64,000 bases of DNA from the NCBI GenBank assembly GCA_035315685.1, contig DATFXR010000233.1:4203-68202 (forward strand), written 5' to 3'. The stretch comes from Vicinamibacterales bacterium (GTDB lineage Bacteria; Acidobacteriota; Vicinamibacteria; Vicinamibacterales; CAVVIG01). Position numbers and translations under genes: made by a program. Positions 50,840 to 59,940 of this stretch are shown here, piece by piece (within the stretch, counting starts at the first letter, position 1; every line of letters begins with the position of its first letter). Below the pieces are notes generated by a model. It was not told where the DNA came from and made no database searches. It worked only from the letters and a program-made list of their open reading frames with translations.

Positions 50840-52693
50840 TCACACGGAGCGGATGTTCCGGCTGGAAGCTGGACGTTCGTCGCGGCGCTCCGCGGAGTCG
50901 ACTTCGACCAGCGATTCGAATCCGACGCGCAGGCGCTTCAGCCCGACGTTGTAGGTACTGCACAACACTTCGAGGTTGTTGAGCCGCTCCGGCGGCAACG
51001 TCCGCGTGCTGATCACGACAGAGTCGACCGACGCGGCGTGGATCAGGACCGACAGCGCCGAGTATCCGCCAAGGACCGGATACCCCATCACCCGGATGCC
51101 AGCCTTCCGCGGATCGTCGTCGATGAAGCCCGAGATCCGGATGTCGCCATCGCCTGCCAGCAGTTCGCGGATCACCAGTCCGCCGCCGTCGCCGGCGCCA
51201 TAGACGACCACCCGGCGGCCCGCCCGCCGCTGGCGGCGCAGGAATTCGCCGACCAGGCGGAACGACGCACGTGACAGCGACACGGCAATCAACAGCAGCA
51301 CCGCGTAGATGGCGAAGACCGTCCGCGAGTACGCGAAGAAGCGGTAGACGCCGAGAATCACCACCAGCGTCGACGCGACCCCGAGCATCACGCCGCGCGC
51401 GACGACGAGCGTGTCCATCAGCCCGAAGTAGCGCCAGACGCCGCGGTAGACGCCGACCGCGAAGAACGCGACCATCTGCGACGCGACGATCACCGGCAGC
51501 GACCGCGAGAAGGTCGGAAAATTGACCATGAACTCGACCGGGTCCTCGAAGCGCATCCGGTACGCGGCGTAGTAGCACATCACGACCAGACAGAAGTCGA
51601 GCAGCACCTCGGCGACGCGCCGCTTGTACATGAACTCGACGACCAGCGGCGTCAGCTCGGATCCGCTCGCCGTCACGTCTTCGTAGACGCGAATGTTGCC
51701 GAGATAGGCGGCAAACAGGACCATCGCGAGCAGGAACGAGGAGGCAAACAGCAGCACCGTGGCGTTCTGGCCGAAGTTGCCGACACCGATGCCGAGCATG
51801 CCGCCGATTGCAGCGAGGCCCCACAGCAGCGCGACCGCGCGCCGTTCGGACAAACCGATCGCGACGAGCCGATGCGACGAGTGATCGCGGCCGCCCTGCG
51901 ACGCGCGCCGGCCCGACAGGCGGCGGGACACGGTCACCAGCGTCGTATCGAAGATCGGGATCAGCAGCACCAGCACGGGCCCGGCGACGATCGACAGCAC
52001 GTCGGAGCGTCCCGGCGCCGGATGGCCGGCGCTGAGCGTCATCGCCGCGAAGCTGAAGCCGAGCAGCAGGCTGCCGCCGTCCCCCATGAAGATCGACGCG
52101 GGGTAGAGGTTGTAGACGAGGAATCCGCCGGTCGCGCCGAGCAGGATCGCGAGATAGCGCACCTCGTACAGCGCGCGGGTGCCCGCGGCGCCAGGCAGCA
52201 GATCGATCAGCAGCGAGGCGCCGGCGATGATCGCGATGCCGGCGCAGAGGCCATCCATGTTGTCGATCAGGTTGAACGCGTTGGTGAGGCCGACAATCCA
52301 GACGAGCGTCAACAGCGCGTCGATGGTCGTCGAATTCACCCAGTTGAGCCGGTAGTCGAAGAACAGGAGCACCGACGCCAGGGCGATCTGCGCGACCAGC
52401 TTGGTCGACGGCTTCAGCGAGAGCACGTCGTCGACGACACCGGTGACGAACATGGCCGCGGCGCTGATGGTGAGAACCGGCAACTGCGCCGCGACGCCGA
52501 AGCCGGCAAGGCAGCTGAAGAACACGAGCGCGATGCCGACGCCGCCGAACAACGCGACCGGGCGGCGGTGCCAGCGATCTTCGCGGGGACGCGCGACGTA
52601 GCCGGACCGCACGGCCAGCATCCGGCAGAGCGGGACGACGCCGAGCGACAGCGCCAGCGCCGTCGCAAACGGCGCGACGATCAGGGTCAGCAT
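50840..52693 (-). CDS. Fusion: WecA/MraY-family (GT4-type) polyprenyl-phosphate HexNAc-1-P transferase + WbpM/PglF-N-terminal-like 4-TM/Rossmann module
   Basis: The N-terminal half has NAFNLIDNMDGLCAG and IFMGDGGSLLLG. The C-terminal half has four TM helices, then RRVVVYGAGDGGGLVIRELL...FIDDDPRKAG...VLGG. Confidence 0.7.
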   Translation of the reverse strand: MLTLIVAPFATALALSLGVVPLCRMLAVRSGYVARPREDRWHRRPVALFGGVGIALVFFSCLAGFGVAAQLPVLTISAAAMFVTGVVDDVLSLKPSTKLVAQIALASVLLFFDYRLNWVNSTTIDALLTLVWIVGLTNAFNLIDNMDGLCAGIAIIAGASLLIDLLPGAAGTRALYEVRYLAILLGATGGFLVYNLYPASIFMGDGGSLLLGFSFAAMTLSAGHPAPGRSDVLSIVAGPVLVLLIPIFDTTLVTVSRRLSGRRASQGGRDHSSHRLVAIGLSERRAVALLWGLAAIGGMLGIGVGNFGQNATVLLFASSFLLAMVLFAAYLGNIRVYEDVTASGSELTPLVVEFMYKRRVAEVLLDFCLVVMCYYAAYRMRFEDPVEFMVNFPTFSRSLPVIVASQMVAFFAVGVYRGVWRYFGLMDTLVVARGVMLGVASTLVVILGVYRFFAYSRTVFAIYAVLLLIAVSLSRASFRLVGEFLRRQRRAGRRVVVYGAGDGGGLVIRELLAGDGDIRISGFIDDDPRKAGIRVMGYPVLGGYSALSVLIHAASVDSVVISTRTLPPERLNNLEVLCSTYNVGLKRLRVGFESLVEVDSAERRDERPASSRNIRSV

Positions 52694-52721
52694 CGAAGAG
52701 AGCCCGGGTATCGTACCACAG

Positions 52722-53420
52722 TCATTTCCGGGCGAATCGGCACTTCAGGAGCACGTACACGGCGTCGATCCCGTCGGTCCAGCGAATCTTCTTGCCCTCG
52801 TCCATGCGCCGTGGATTGTAGCGGACCGGTACCTCGACGATACCTTTGCCGGCAAGCAGGAACTTGGCGGTGAGCTCGGGTTCGAAGTCGAAGCCGACGC
52901 AGCGCAGGCGGATGCCATCGAGCGACTCGCGGCGGAACACTTTGTAGGCGGTCTCCATGTCCGTGAGGCGCGCGCCGAACAGCACGTTGGTGAGCGCCGT
53001 CAGCAGCCGGTTGCCGACGCGCGCCCGAAACGACACGCGGCCGCTCGGCTTCATGAAGCGCGAGCCGTAGACCACATCCGACCGTCCGGCGAGCAGCGGC
53101 TCGAGCAGGCCGGCGTACTCGGCGGGGTCGAGCTCCAGGTCGGCGTCCTGAATGAGGATGATGTCGCCGGTCGCGTACTTCATGCCGACGCGGACCGCCG
53201 CCCCCTTTCCGACGTTGATCGGATTGTCGTAGGTCCGGATGCGCGGATCGGCGAACCAGTGGCTCGTCTCGATCGCAGCTCGCGTGCCGTCGCTCGATCC
53301 GTCGTTGGCGATGATGATCTCTTTCTCGATGTCCCCGATTTCGACCGCGCGCACGCGCTCGACGACCTCGCTGATCGTCTGCGCCTCGTTGTAGACGGGA
53401 ATGATGACCGAGAGCTTCAT
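52722..53420 (-). CDS. GT2 polyprenyl-phosphate glycosyltransferase (Dpm1/ArnC/GtrB-like)
   Basis: 232 aa. KLSVIIPVYNEAQTI...IIANDGSSDGT...ILIQDADLELDP...VYGSRF. Confidence 0.8.
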   Translation of the reverse strand: MKLSVIIPVYNEAQTISEVVERVRAVEIGDIEKEIIIANDGSSDGTRAAIETSHWFADPRIRTYDNPINVGKGAAVRVGMKYATGDIILIQDADLELDPAEYAGLLEPLLAGRSDVVYGSRFMKPSGRVSFRARVGNRLLTALTNVLFGARLTDMETAYKVFRRESLDGIRLRCVGFDFEPELTAKFLLAGKGIVEVPVRYNPRRMDEGKKIRWTDGIDAVYVLLKCRFARK

Positions 53421-53427
53421 CCGCGGA

Positions 53428-55083
53428 TCACCGTTCGAGGACGATGAAGGACGGAACGCCGTTCGGTTCCGCGATGCGATCGATCGGGCGCAGCACGGCC
53501 AGCCCTGGATTCATCTGCGCTAGACCGGCCTCGGAGAGCTCGACCAGGACCAGGCTCCGCGCCGGCACTTCGTCCACGTTCAGGGTCTTGGGGTCGAAAT
53601 AGCGGGTCCGCTCGGTCAGATAGGTGCGGTGATCCTTCAGCAGGTAGAACTTCCAGTACGCGTCGATCCACGGGATGCTGGTCGGGAGGTACACCGCCGG
53701 GCGCGGCTCGTGCGCGTCGCGCTCCTCGATGTTCGTCAGCGCACCGCGGATGTTCCGCTCGAACCAGGTGCTCGAGCGGATGCGGTAGTCGCCGAAGTAA
53801 TCGCCATAGAAGCGCGCGAACTGCAGCGGCATGGCGAGGAGCGCGACGCAGACGATCGCGCGGCCGGCACGCGGCGACGTCTTCCACAGGTAGCCGACGC
53901 CGCGCGTCGCCAGCAGAATCACGAACGGCACCATCACCAGCACGCGATCGACGGCATACGCCCCGAGGACGAGGGCCGCCGCGACCGGGGCTGCGGCAAG
54001 GCCGGCGATGAGCAACAGGTTCGCCCATGAGCGGGGCGGCTGCAGCGCCGCGTAGATCCCGGCCGGCAGCAGCAGGGCGATCGGAACGAGGAACACACCC
54101 GCCTGCCGTGTCGAGTTGGTCAGGCTCGAGCCGCCGGCGAGAAACAGGAATGACGGGTTGAAGTAGTCCCAGTACACCGACAGCCGCGCGCTCAGGCCGA
54201 CATGACTCAGGATCTCCTTGACCCCCTGCAGCGGACCGAAGCGCGACGCATCGTACAAGTTGTAGCGCGCGACCTGCGCCGCGTACGCCGACGGGTGCAG
54301 CGTCAGCCACGCCGCCAGCAGACTGAACGGCACGAGGAATCCCGCCGCGGCGGCGGCATAGCGCCGCAACGACACGCCTCGCGACGGCACGGCGAAGAGG
54401 CAGGTGATCAGGAGCAGCAGCGGCATCACGACGATGGAAGCGATGTACGAGTAGATGCCGACGCCGAGCGTCGTGGTCGCAGCCCACAGCGCGGCGAGCC
54501 GTCCCTGCTGCTCGAAGCGCGCCACCCACAGCAGCCAGATCACGACGAACAGGACGGCGTAGATCGGATCGACGCCCATCCGGCTGTGAATCACGTGGGC
54601 CGGCGTCATCGCGAGCATGGTGGCGGCGATCGCGCCGCGGACCGGGCTGCGTTCGAAGCGCGCCGCCACGAAATACATCAGCACGATCGCCGCCACGCCA
54701 ACCAGGACCGACGGCGCGCGGATCGACCACTCGGTGAGCGGCAGCACGGCGAGGGACGCCGCCGTCGCGTACACGAGGAGCGGCTGCGCCCAGTAATTCG
54801 CGGTGATCTGAAAGTACAGCGGCAGCAGCCGCCCGTTCAGGTCATGACCGGTCGTCGCGATCGCCTGCGCGTGCAGCGCGAACAGGACTTCGTCGTGCGA
54901 AAGGTAAATCGGCGCATCGGCGAGGCGCCACGCGTACATCGCGGCGAGGGCGACGGCCGCGACGGCAAGCAGCGCAGCGCCACGGTATGATCGTGCAGCG
55001 ATGGACGTGCGGGGGGCCGGATCGATGCCGCGGATCGTGGTCGCATCAGCCGCAGCCTCGCTGGTGCTCGGTCTAACGTTCAT
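53428..55083 (-). CDS. GT-C glycosyltransferase (ArnT/PMT family 39-like)
   Basis: 551 aa. The first loop is PIYLSHDEVLFALHAQAIATTGHD. About 11-12 TM helices and a C-terminal periplasmic domain. Confidence 0.65.
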   Translation of the reverse strand: MNVRPSTSEAAADATTIRGIDPAPRTSIAARSYRGAALLAVAAVALAAMYAWRLADAPIYLSHDEVLFALHAQAIATTGHDLNGRLLPLYFQITANYWAQPLLVYATAASLAVLPLTEWSIRAPSVLVGVAAIVLMYFVAARFERSPVRGAIAATMLAMTPAHVIHSRMGVDPIYAVLFVVIWLLWVARFEQQGRLAALWAATTTLGVGIYSYIASIVVMPLLLLITCLFAVPSRGVSLRRYAAAAAGFLVPFSLLAAWLTLHPSAYAAQVARYNLYDASRFGPLQGVKEILSHVGLSARLSVYWDYFNPSFLFLAGGSSLTNSTRQAGVFLVPIALLLPAGIYAALQPPRSWANLLLIAGLAAAPVAAALVLGAYAVDRVLVMVPFVILLATRGVGYLWKTSPRAGRAIVCVALLAMPLQFARFYGDYFGDYRIRSSTWFERNIRGALTNIEERDAHEPRPAVYLPTSIPWIDAYWKFYLLKDHRTYLTERTRYFDPKTLNVDEVPARSLVLVELSEAGLAQMNPGLAVLRPIDRIAEPNGVPSFIVLER

Positions 55084-56992
55084 CTTCGTCCGGTCGCCGC
55101 ATCCGTGGGGATGGGAAGGCTTCGACCATTACCACGACCTCGGCCTCGCGCTCGCGCGCGGCGCGCCCTTCCCGACCACCGACGTGCCATGGGGATATGC
55201 GTATGTGCTGTCGCTGGTGTATCGGGTCGTCGGCGACCGTCCGTGGGTACCGCTCAGCCTCCAGGCGATCGTCAATGCGGCTGTGCCAGTGCTGGTCTAC
55301 GATCTCGTCGCGCGTGAGCTCGGCCGCCGCGTCGCCATCGTTGCGGCGGTCCTGACCGGGCTCTTCTCGTTCAACACGGTCTACGCGTCGACGCAGTCAT
55401 CGGACGCGTTGTGCACGGTGACGTTCCTCGCCAGCATCGCCCTCTTCGCGCGCGGGCTCGACCGGCCGCGCACGGGCACCTACCTGGCGAGCGGCCTGCT
55501 CTGCGGCATCGCGACGCAGTTTCGTCCGAATCTCCTGTTGTTCCCCACGGCGCTGGCGCTGGTCGCCATGCTGCGACTGCGACCGCGCGCGCGACCGGTC
55601 GACGCGGTGGTCTACGTCCTGGCCGCAATATCGGTGACGGTGCCATGGGCGATTCACGCGTATCGCCTGACCGGCGAGCTTTTGCCGACCAGCACGCACG
55701 GCGGCATTCAGCTGTGGTACGGATCACTGCAGACCGGCACGCACCTGACGAGCCGGGCACATAATCCACGCTCGATCTTCGAGACGCCGTCGTTCGACTA
55801 CACCAGCCTGGGCGATCGATCGATCGTCGTCGAGGCGCTGTGCGACAGCGTCAAACCGGCGCGTGTCGACCTGGTGTTCTGGAGCGATCGCGCGCCGGCG
55901 CCGGTGCACGTGCGCGGCGCGCCGACACCGCACACCATCGAGTTCACGCTGCCCGGGCAGCCGCTCCGTTCGGTGCTCTACTACTACTTCGCCTCGGCAG
56001 ACGGGGCCGGCACGGAGACGTTCACTCCTGCGCGCGGCCCGCGCGATCCGTACGTTTTCTTCGTGGACGATCGCCATCTCGACGATCTGGACGCCCGCGG
56101 CAACCTGCTCGACGGCTTCGATTTCGTGAAGGCGGCGCGCGCCGCCGCGTGGCAGGAAGCGGCGCCGCCGGCTGCGGATCTCGACCACGACGGACACTTC
56201 ACCGAGGCGGACGTGCGCCTTGCTGCCGCGGCGCTTGCTACGACGGGAGAGCATCGCGGCATCTACGGACCGCCCGTCGTCGAGGCGATGACGGCGACAG
56301 ACGAGGCGATCGCGATCCGGTTCATCGACGGGTCCGCACTCGACATTCCGCGTGCGTGGCACGAGCGGATCACCGACATCACGCCGATCGGCAAGGTTGG
56401 ATCGCTGGCCGCGCAGGTGCTCACTGGCCGGCGCCGGGTCGCGTCGCTTCCCGAACCGTCGGCCGCGGACGGCCCGGTCGCCTGCCTGCGAAGCGAGAAC
56501 ATCCGCGTGAACGAGGTCTTCTATCGCCGCGAGCCTCACCTGATGCACCGCTATACGGCGCTTGCGTTCGACAACATCTCACGCGATCCCGTCGGATTCG
56601 TCGGGGCGTCCCTGTTCCGCGCGCTCCGCCTGTTCGTCGTCGCGGGCACGGAAGATGTCGATACGGCGCAGCAGTTCGCCGGGAGCGGGTGGATTTACCG
56701 GTTCGCGACGCTCGCATCGGTGGCGTACCTTGCGCTCGCCACCATCGGCGTGGCGATCGCCGCCGTGCGATACCGCCGCGTCGGCGTGCTGCTCACTCCG
56801 ATTCTGTACGTCCCGGCGACGATCTGCTTCGTCCTGACCAACATGCGCTACACGGTCACGGTGCAGCCGTTCCTGTTCGCATTTGCCGCCGTTCCGCTCA
56901 CCGCCGTGCTCGAACGTTGGAGCCGGGAGCGCCCGATTCGTGGCCACTCAGAAGTTGCCGCGACAGGAACCCGAACAGGACGTCGGCCTTGA
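55025..56992 (+). CDS. GT-C glycosyltransferase-like membrane protein (second ArnT/PMT-like)
   Basis: ATG at 55025 (55001 is also possible). TM helices flank a ~250-aa central soluble domain. Its 5' end overlaps the divergent gene and its 3' end overlaps the convergent SGNH gene. Confidence 0.55.
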   Translation: MPRIVVASAAASLVLGLTFIFVRSPHPWGWEGFDHYHDLGLALARGAPFPTTDVPWGYAYVLSLVYRVVGDRPWVPLSLQAIVNAAVPVLVYDLVARELGRRVAIVAAVLTGLFSFNTVYASTQSSDALCTVTFLASIALFARGLDRPRTGTYLASGLLCGIATQFRPNLLLFPTALALVAMLRLRPRARPVDAVVYVLAAISVTVPWAIHAYRLTGELLPTSTHGGIQLWYGSLQTGTHLTSRAHNPRSIFETPSFDYTSLGDRSIVVEALCDSVKPARVDLVFWSDRAPAPVHVRGAPTPHTIEFTLPGQPLRSVLYYYFASADGAGTETFTPARGPRDPYVFFVDDRHLDDLDARGNLLDGFDFVKAARAAAWQEAAPPAADLDHDGHFTEADVRLAAAALATTGEHRGIYGPPVVEAMTATDEAIAIRFIDGSALDIPRAWHERITDITPIGKVGSLAAQVLTGRRRVASLPEPSAADGPVACLRSENIRVNEVFYRREPHLMHRYTALAFDNISRDPVGFVGASLFRALRLFVVAGTEDVDTAQQFAGSGWIYRFATLASVAYLALATIGVAIAAVRYRRVGVLLTPILYVPATICFVLTNMRYTVTVQPFLFAFAAVPLTAVLERWSRERPIRGHSEVAATGTRTGRRP

Positions 56993-58097
56993 CCACGTTC
57001 GCGTTGCCGATCGAGTGGCCGTCCGCGTTCGGCATCTGTGACGGCACGGTGTGCAGGAATGCCTCGTAGCAACTGACGACGGGCGTACGCGCGCCGAGTA
57101 CCGCGAGGAAGAACTCGTGCATCGCTCTGGCGCCGTCGTAGTAGTAGTCGCCGTCGGGACAGATCGGCGGCGCATCATTGACGAAGAACACCACGCGGAA
57201 GCGGCCGGCGCTGTCGAGACGCTGCAGCTCGCGGACGGCGGCCAGCCAGTCCTTGTAGCCCGGCTCGCGTTGCATCGCCGGAAGGAGCTCCGCGCTCGGC
57301 TTCATGCCGCCGATGCACCTGATCGATGCGACTTGATCGTCGGACAGCCTCGTGAAGTCGGTCAGCTGCTGCTCGCGAAGCACGCTCGCGTCGGATGTAC
57401 GCGCCAGCAGCCCTTCCTCGGTGCCGAGGTGCTCCACTCGCCGGCGGTACTCGTCGGACCCGCTGAGACGCCATCGCGCGGTGAGGTACACCTGCTTGTA
57501 GAGCTCGAGCGAGTACAGATGACGCCTGGCGTACGACAGCAGCCGATACGCGGCCACCGTCAGTCGACCGGGATGCGGAATCGGCGCGTTGTCGGTCAGA
57601 TCGTTGACGAAGAAGCCGACGATGACGAGATCGGGACGAAAGCGATCGCCAACCTCCAGCAGGTGCGCCAGCTCCTGGCTGGTGTTGTAGCCGGGAACCG
57701 CCGCGTTCCAGACCTGCCAGTCGATCTCCGGCCGCCAGCGCTTCAGCCGCTGCTCGAGCAGGTACGGATACGTCGTCTCGTACAGCGATCCGTGGCCGAA
57801 CGTCACCGAATCGCCGAGGACGAGAATGCGGAACGTATTCGGCCGCTTCGCCAGCGCGTACTCGCGCGGATCGCGGAGCTCGAGGCGGTTGGTGTGCACC
57901 GGCACACCGGCAAACCAGCCGTCGTAGTTCGCGGCCAGACGCTGTCCGCGGACCGGGTCGGACAGGAAGAACCCCGGACGGCCGCGACGCGGATCCCACC
58001 GCGCGCGGACCCACAGCTCAATCGCCGTCTGTGCAAACACGGCGGCGATCAGCGCGGCGGGCACGCTGACGGTGAACAGCTTGCGCCAGCCGGTCAT
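56898..58097 (-). CDS. SGNH/GDSL-family hydrolase with an N-terminal TM anchor
   Basis: FRILVLGDSVTFGHG (block I GDS)...AVPGYNT...VIVGFFVNDL. Confidence 0.75.
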   Translation of the reverse strand: MTGWRKLFTVSVPAALIAAVFAQTAIELWVRARWDPRRGRPGFFLSDPVRGQRLAANYDGWFAGVPVHTNRLELRDPREYALAKRPNTFRILVLGDSVTFGHGSLYETTYPYLLEQRLKRWRPEIDWQVWNAAVPGYNTSQELAHLLEVGDRFRPDLVIVGFFVNDLTDNAPIPHPGRLTVAAYRLLSYARRHLYSLELYKQVYLTARWRLSGSDEYRRRVEHLGTEEGLLARTSDASVLREQQLTDFTRLSDDQVASIRCIGGMKPSAELLPAMQREPGYKDWLAAVRELQRLDSAGRFRVVFFVNDAPPICPDGDYYYDGARAMHEFFLAVLGARTPVVSCYEAFLHTVPSQMPNADGHSIGNANVVKADVLFGFLSRQLLSGHESGAPGSNVRARR

Positions 58098-58098
58098 C

Positions 58099-59940
58099 TC
58101 ACAGCCATCCGTGCCGCCAGTACGCGAAGATCGCCACGTACTCCTGCGCGAGGCCGCGGACCTGCTCGAGCGTCGCGCCGCGAGTGTGATCGTAGAACTG
58201 GCTGACGGTCGCCGGCGTGGGGATGACGGTGATCGCGGGCGCCTGCCTGCGCCAGACGAGGAGCGCCCGGCGCATGTGGTACGGCGAGCTGACCAGCAGG
58301 ATGCGCCGCCAGTGGTGATCCCGAAGGATATCGTCGACGAACCGCACGTTCTGATAGGTGTTGGTCGCGTGCTCCTCGAGCGCGATCGCGGAGGCCGGCA
58401 CGCCCTGATCGACGGCGAGGGCGCGCATCGCCTCGGCCTCGTGGAAGCTGTAGACGAAGCCTGACGACAGCACGAGGTACGGCGCGTAGCCGGCGCGGTA
58501 GAGATCGATCGCCTGCTTGAGACGCTCCTGCGCGCCGCCGCCTGCGCGTCCCGATTCGCCGACGCCGCCGGCGAACACCACGATCGCGTCGGCCTTCGCA
58601 GGGGGCGCCGTCACCTTCAGCGGCTCGGCAAGCCACCACACGGCGTTGGTCTCGAACACGATGCCGTAGATCGCCGCAATCGCCAGCGCCACGGCAACGG
58701 CGCGCCACCGTGTGCGGCGGTAGACGCGCCGCAGCCGCTCGTCCCATCGCACGTCCCGGGTGCGCCGGTCGAGCGCTTCGTCGATGAGCACGGTCATCGC
58801 CGCGATGCGGCTCTCCCAGCTGTTCTGCGCGGCCACCGCGACGCGGCGCTCGACGTCCGCCGGCAGCGAGTCGTTGATCGCGGCGCGGATGGCCTTTCCG
58901 AAGCCGTCCGCGTCGGCCGCGACGCCGACGATTTCGCCGTGCTGCGCGTTGAAGCGGCGGATCTCCGGCAGATCGGTCGCCACCACCGGGATGCCCATCG
59001 AGAGGTACTCGTTCAGCTTCGTCGGGTAGACGTTCGCGGTGTACTCGGTGAGCCGATACGGCACGATGCCGACGTCGAAGGCCTTGACATAGCGCGGGAG
59101 CTCTTCGTGTGGCCGGAGCCCGAGCAGACGGATATTCGGGCAGGTCCGCAGCGTCGACAGGTCCGTCTGCTCGGGGCCGACGAGAGCGAACGTCGCCTCC
59201 GGCATCGAGCGCGCCACGCGCGCCAGCAGATCCTGATCGACCCACTGGTGCAGGCCGCCGACGTAGCCGACCACCGGTCGAGCCAGCGAACCGACGTCGG
59301 CAGGCGCAGCATCGTTGCGCCGCCGCTCCGCCGCGAAGCGCTCCAGGCTGACGCCGAACGGGAACACGTGCACGCGATCGCTGAAGCGCGCGGCGCGCTC
59401 GCGCAGCCGTTCCGAGGTGACGAATACGAGGTCGGCGTCCCTGAACAGCTGCTCTTCGCTCGCGGTGATCCGCTGCGCGCCGGCCGAGCTCGACGCGAGA
59501 TCGTCGATGCAGTAGTAGATGGTCAGCTGCGGATCGAATGCGCCGACGAGATCGCGCGCCAGCGGCGTCGGCAGGAACGTCCAGACGATCGGCTGGCTGA
59601 AACCGGTGGCGCGCATCCACCGGCGAATCGCGCGGCCGAGCGCGACGCGGTTGATCCAGCGCGATGGCCGCAGGTACGGCCACGGCAGCACCAGCGGCGA
59701 GTAGACGAACAGGTTGGGCCGCTCTTCGCGGAACCCGTTGGTGCCGCGCCACCAGTTCTGGATTCGCCGCCGTACGCGCGGCAGGTCGCGCATCTGCGGA
59801 GTCCGGACGCCGGTGTTCTCGACGAACAGCACGCGGTGGCCGGCCGCGGCGAGCCGCGACATGATTTCCTGATGGCCCTGCCAGATGAAGTCCCAGTCGA
59901 TCGACGAGACGCAGACGATGTCCGGCAGCCTCGGCGTCAT
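58099..59940 (-). CDS. Fusion: GT4-like glycosyltransferase - TM helix - DUF218 (YdcF/ElyC-like)
   Basis: ATG at 59940 (MTPRLPDIVCVSSIDWDF...). PTKLNEYLSMGIPVVATD (GT-B C-domain), TM AVAVALAIAAIYGIVF, then AIVVFAGG...LVSSPYHMRRA (DUF218). Confidence 0.7.
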   Translation of the reverse strand: MTPRLPDIVCVSSIDWDFIWQGHQEIMSRLAAAGHRVLFVENTGVRTPQMRDLPRVRRRIQNWWRGTNGFREERPNLFVYSPLVLPWPYLRPSRWINRVALGRAIRRWMRATGFSQPIVWTFLPTPLARDLVGAFDPQLTIYYCIDDLASSSAGAQRITASEEQLFRDADLVFVTSERLRERAARFSDRVHVFPFGVSLERFAAERRRNDAAPADVGSLARPVVGYVGGLHQWVDQDLLARVARSMPEATFALVGPEQTDLSTLRTCPNIRLLGLRPHEELPRYVKAFDVGIVPYRLTEYTANVYPTKLNEYLSMGIPVVATDLPEIRRFNAQHGEIVGVAADADGFGKAIRAAINDSLPADVERRVAVAAQNSWESRIAAMTVLIDEALDRRTRDVRWDERLRRVYRRTRWRAVAVALAIAAIYGIVFETNAVWWLAEPLKVTAPPAKADAIVVFAGGVGESGRAGGGAQERLKQAIDLYRAGYAPYLVLSSGFVYSFHEAEAMRALAVDQGVPASAIALEEHATNTYQNVRFVDDILRDHHWRRILLVSSPYHMRRALLVWRRQAPAITVIPTPATVSQFYDHTRGATLEQVRGLAQEYVAIFAYWRHGWL

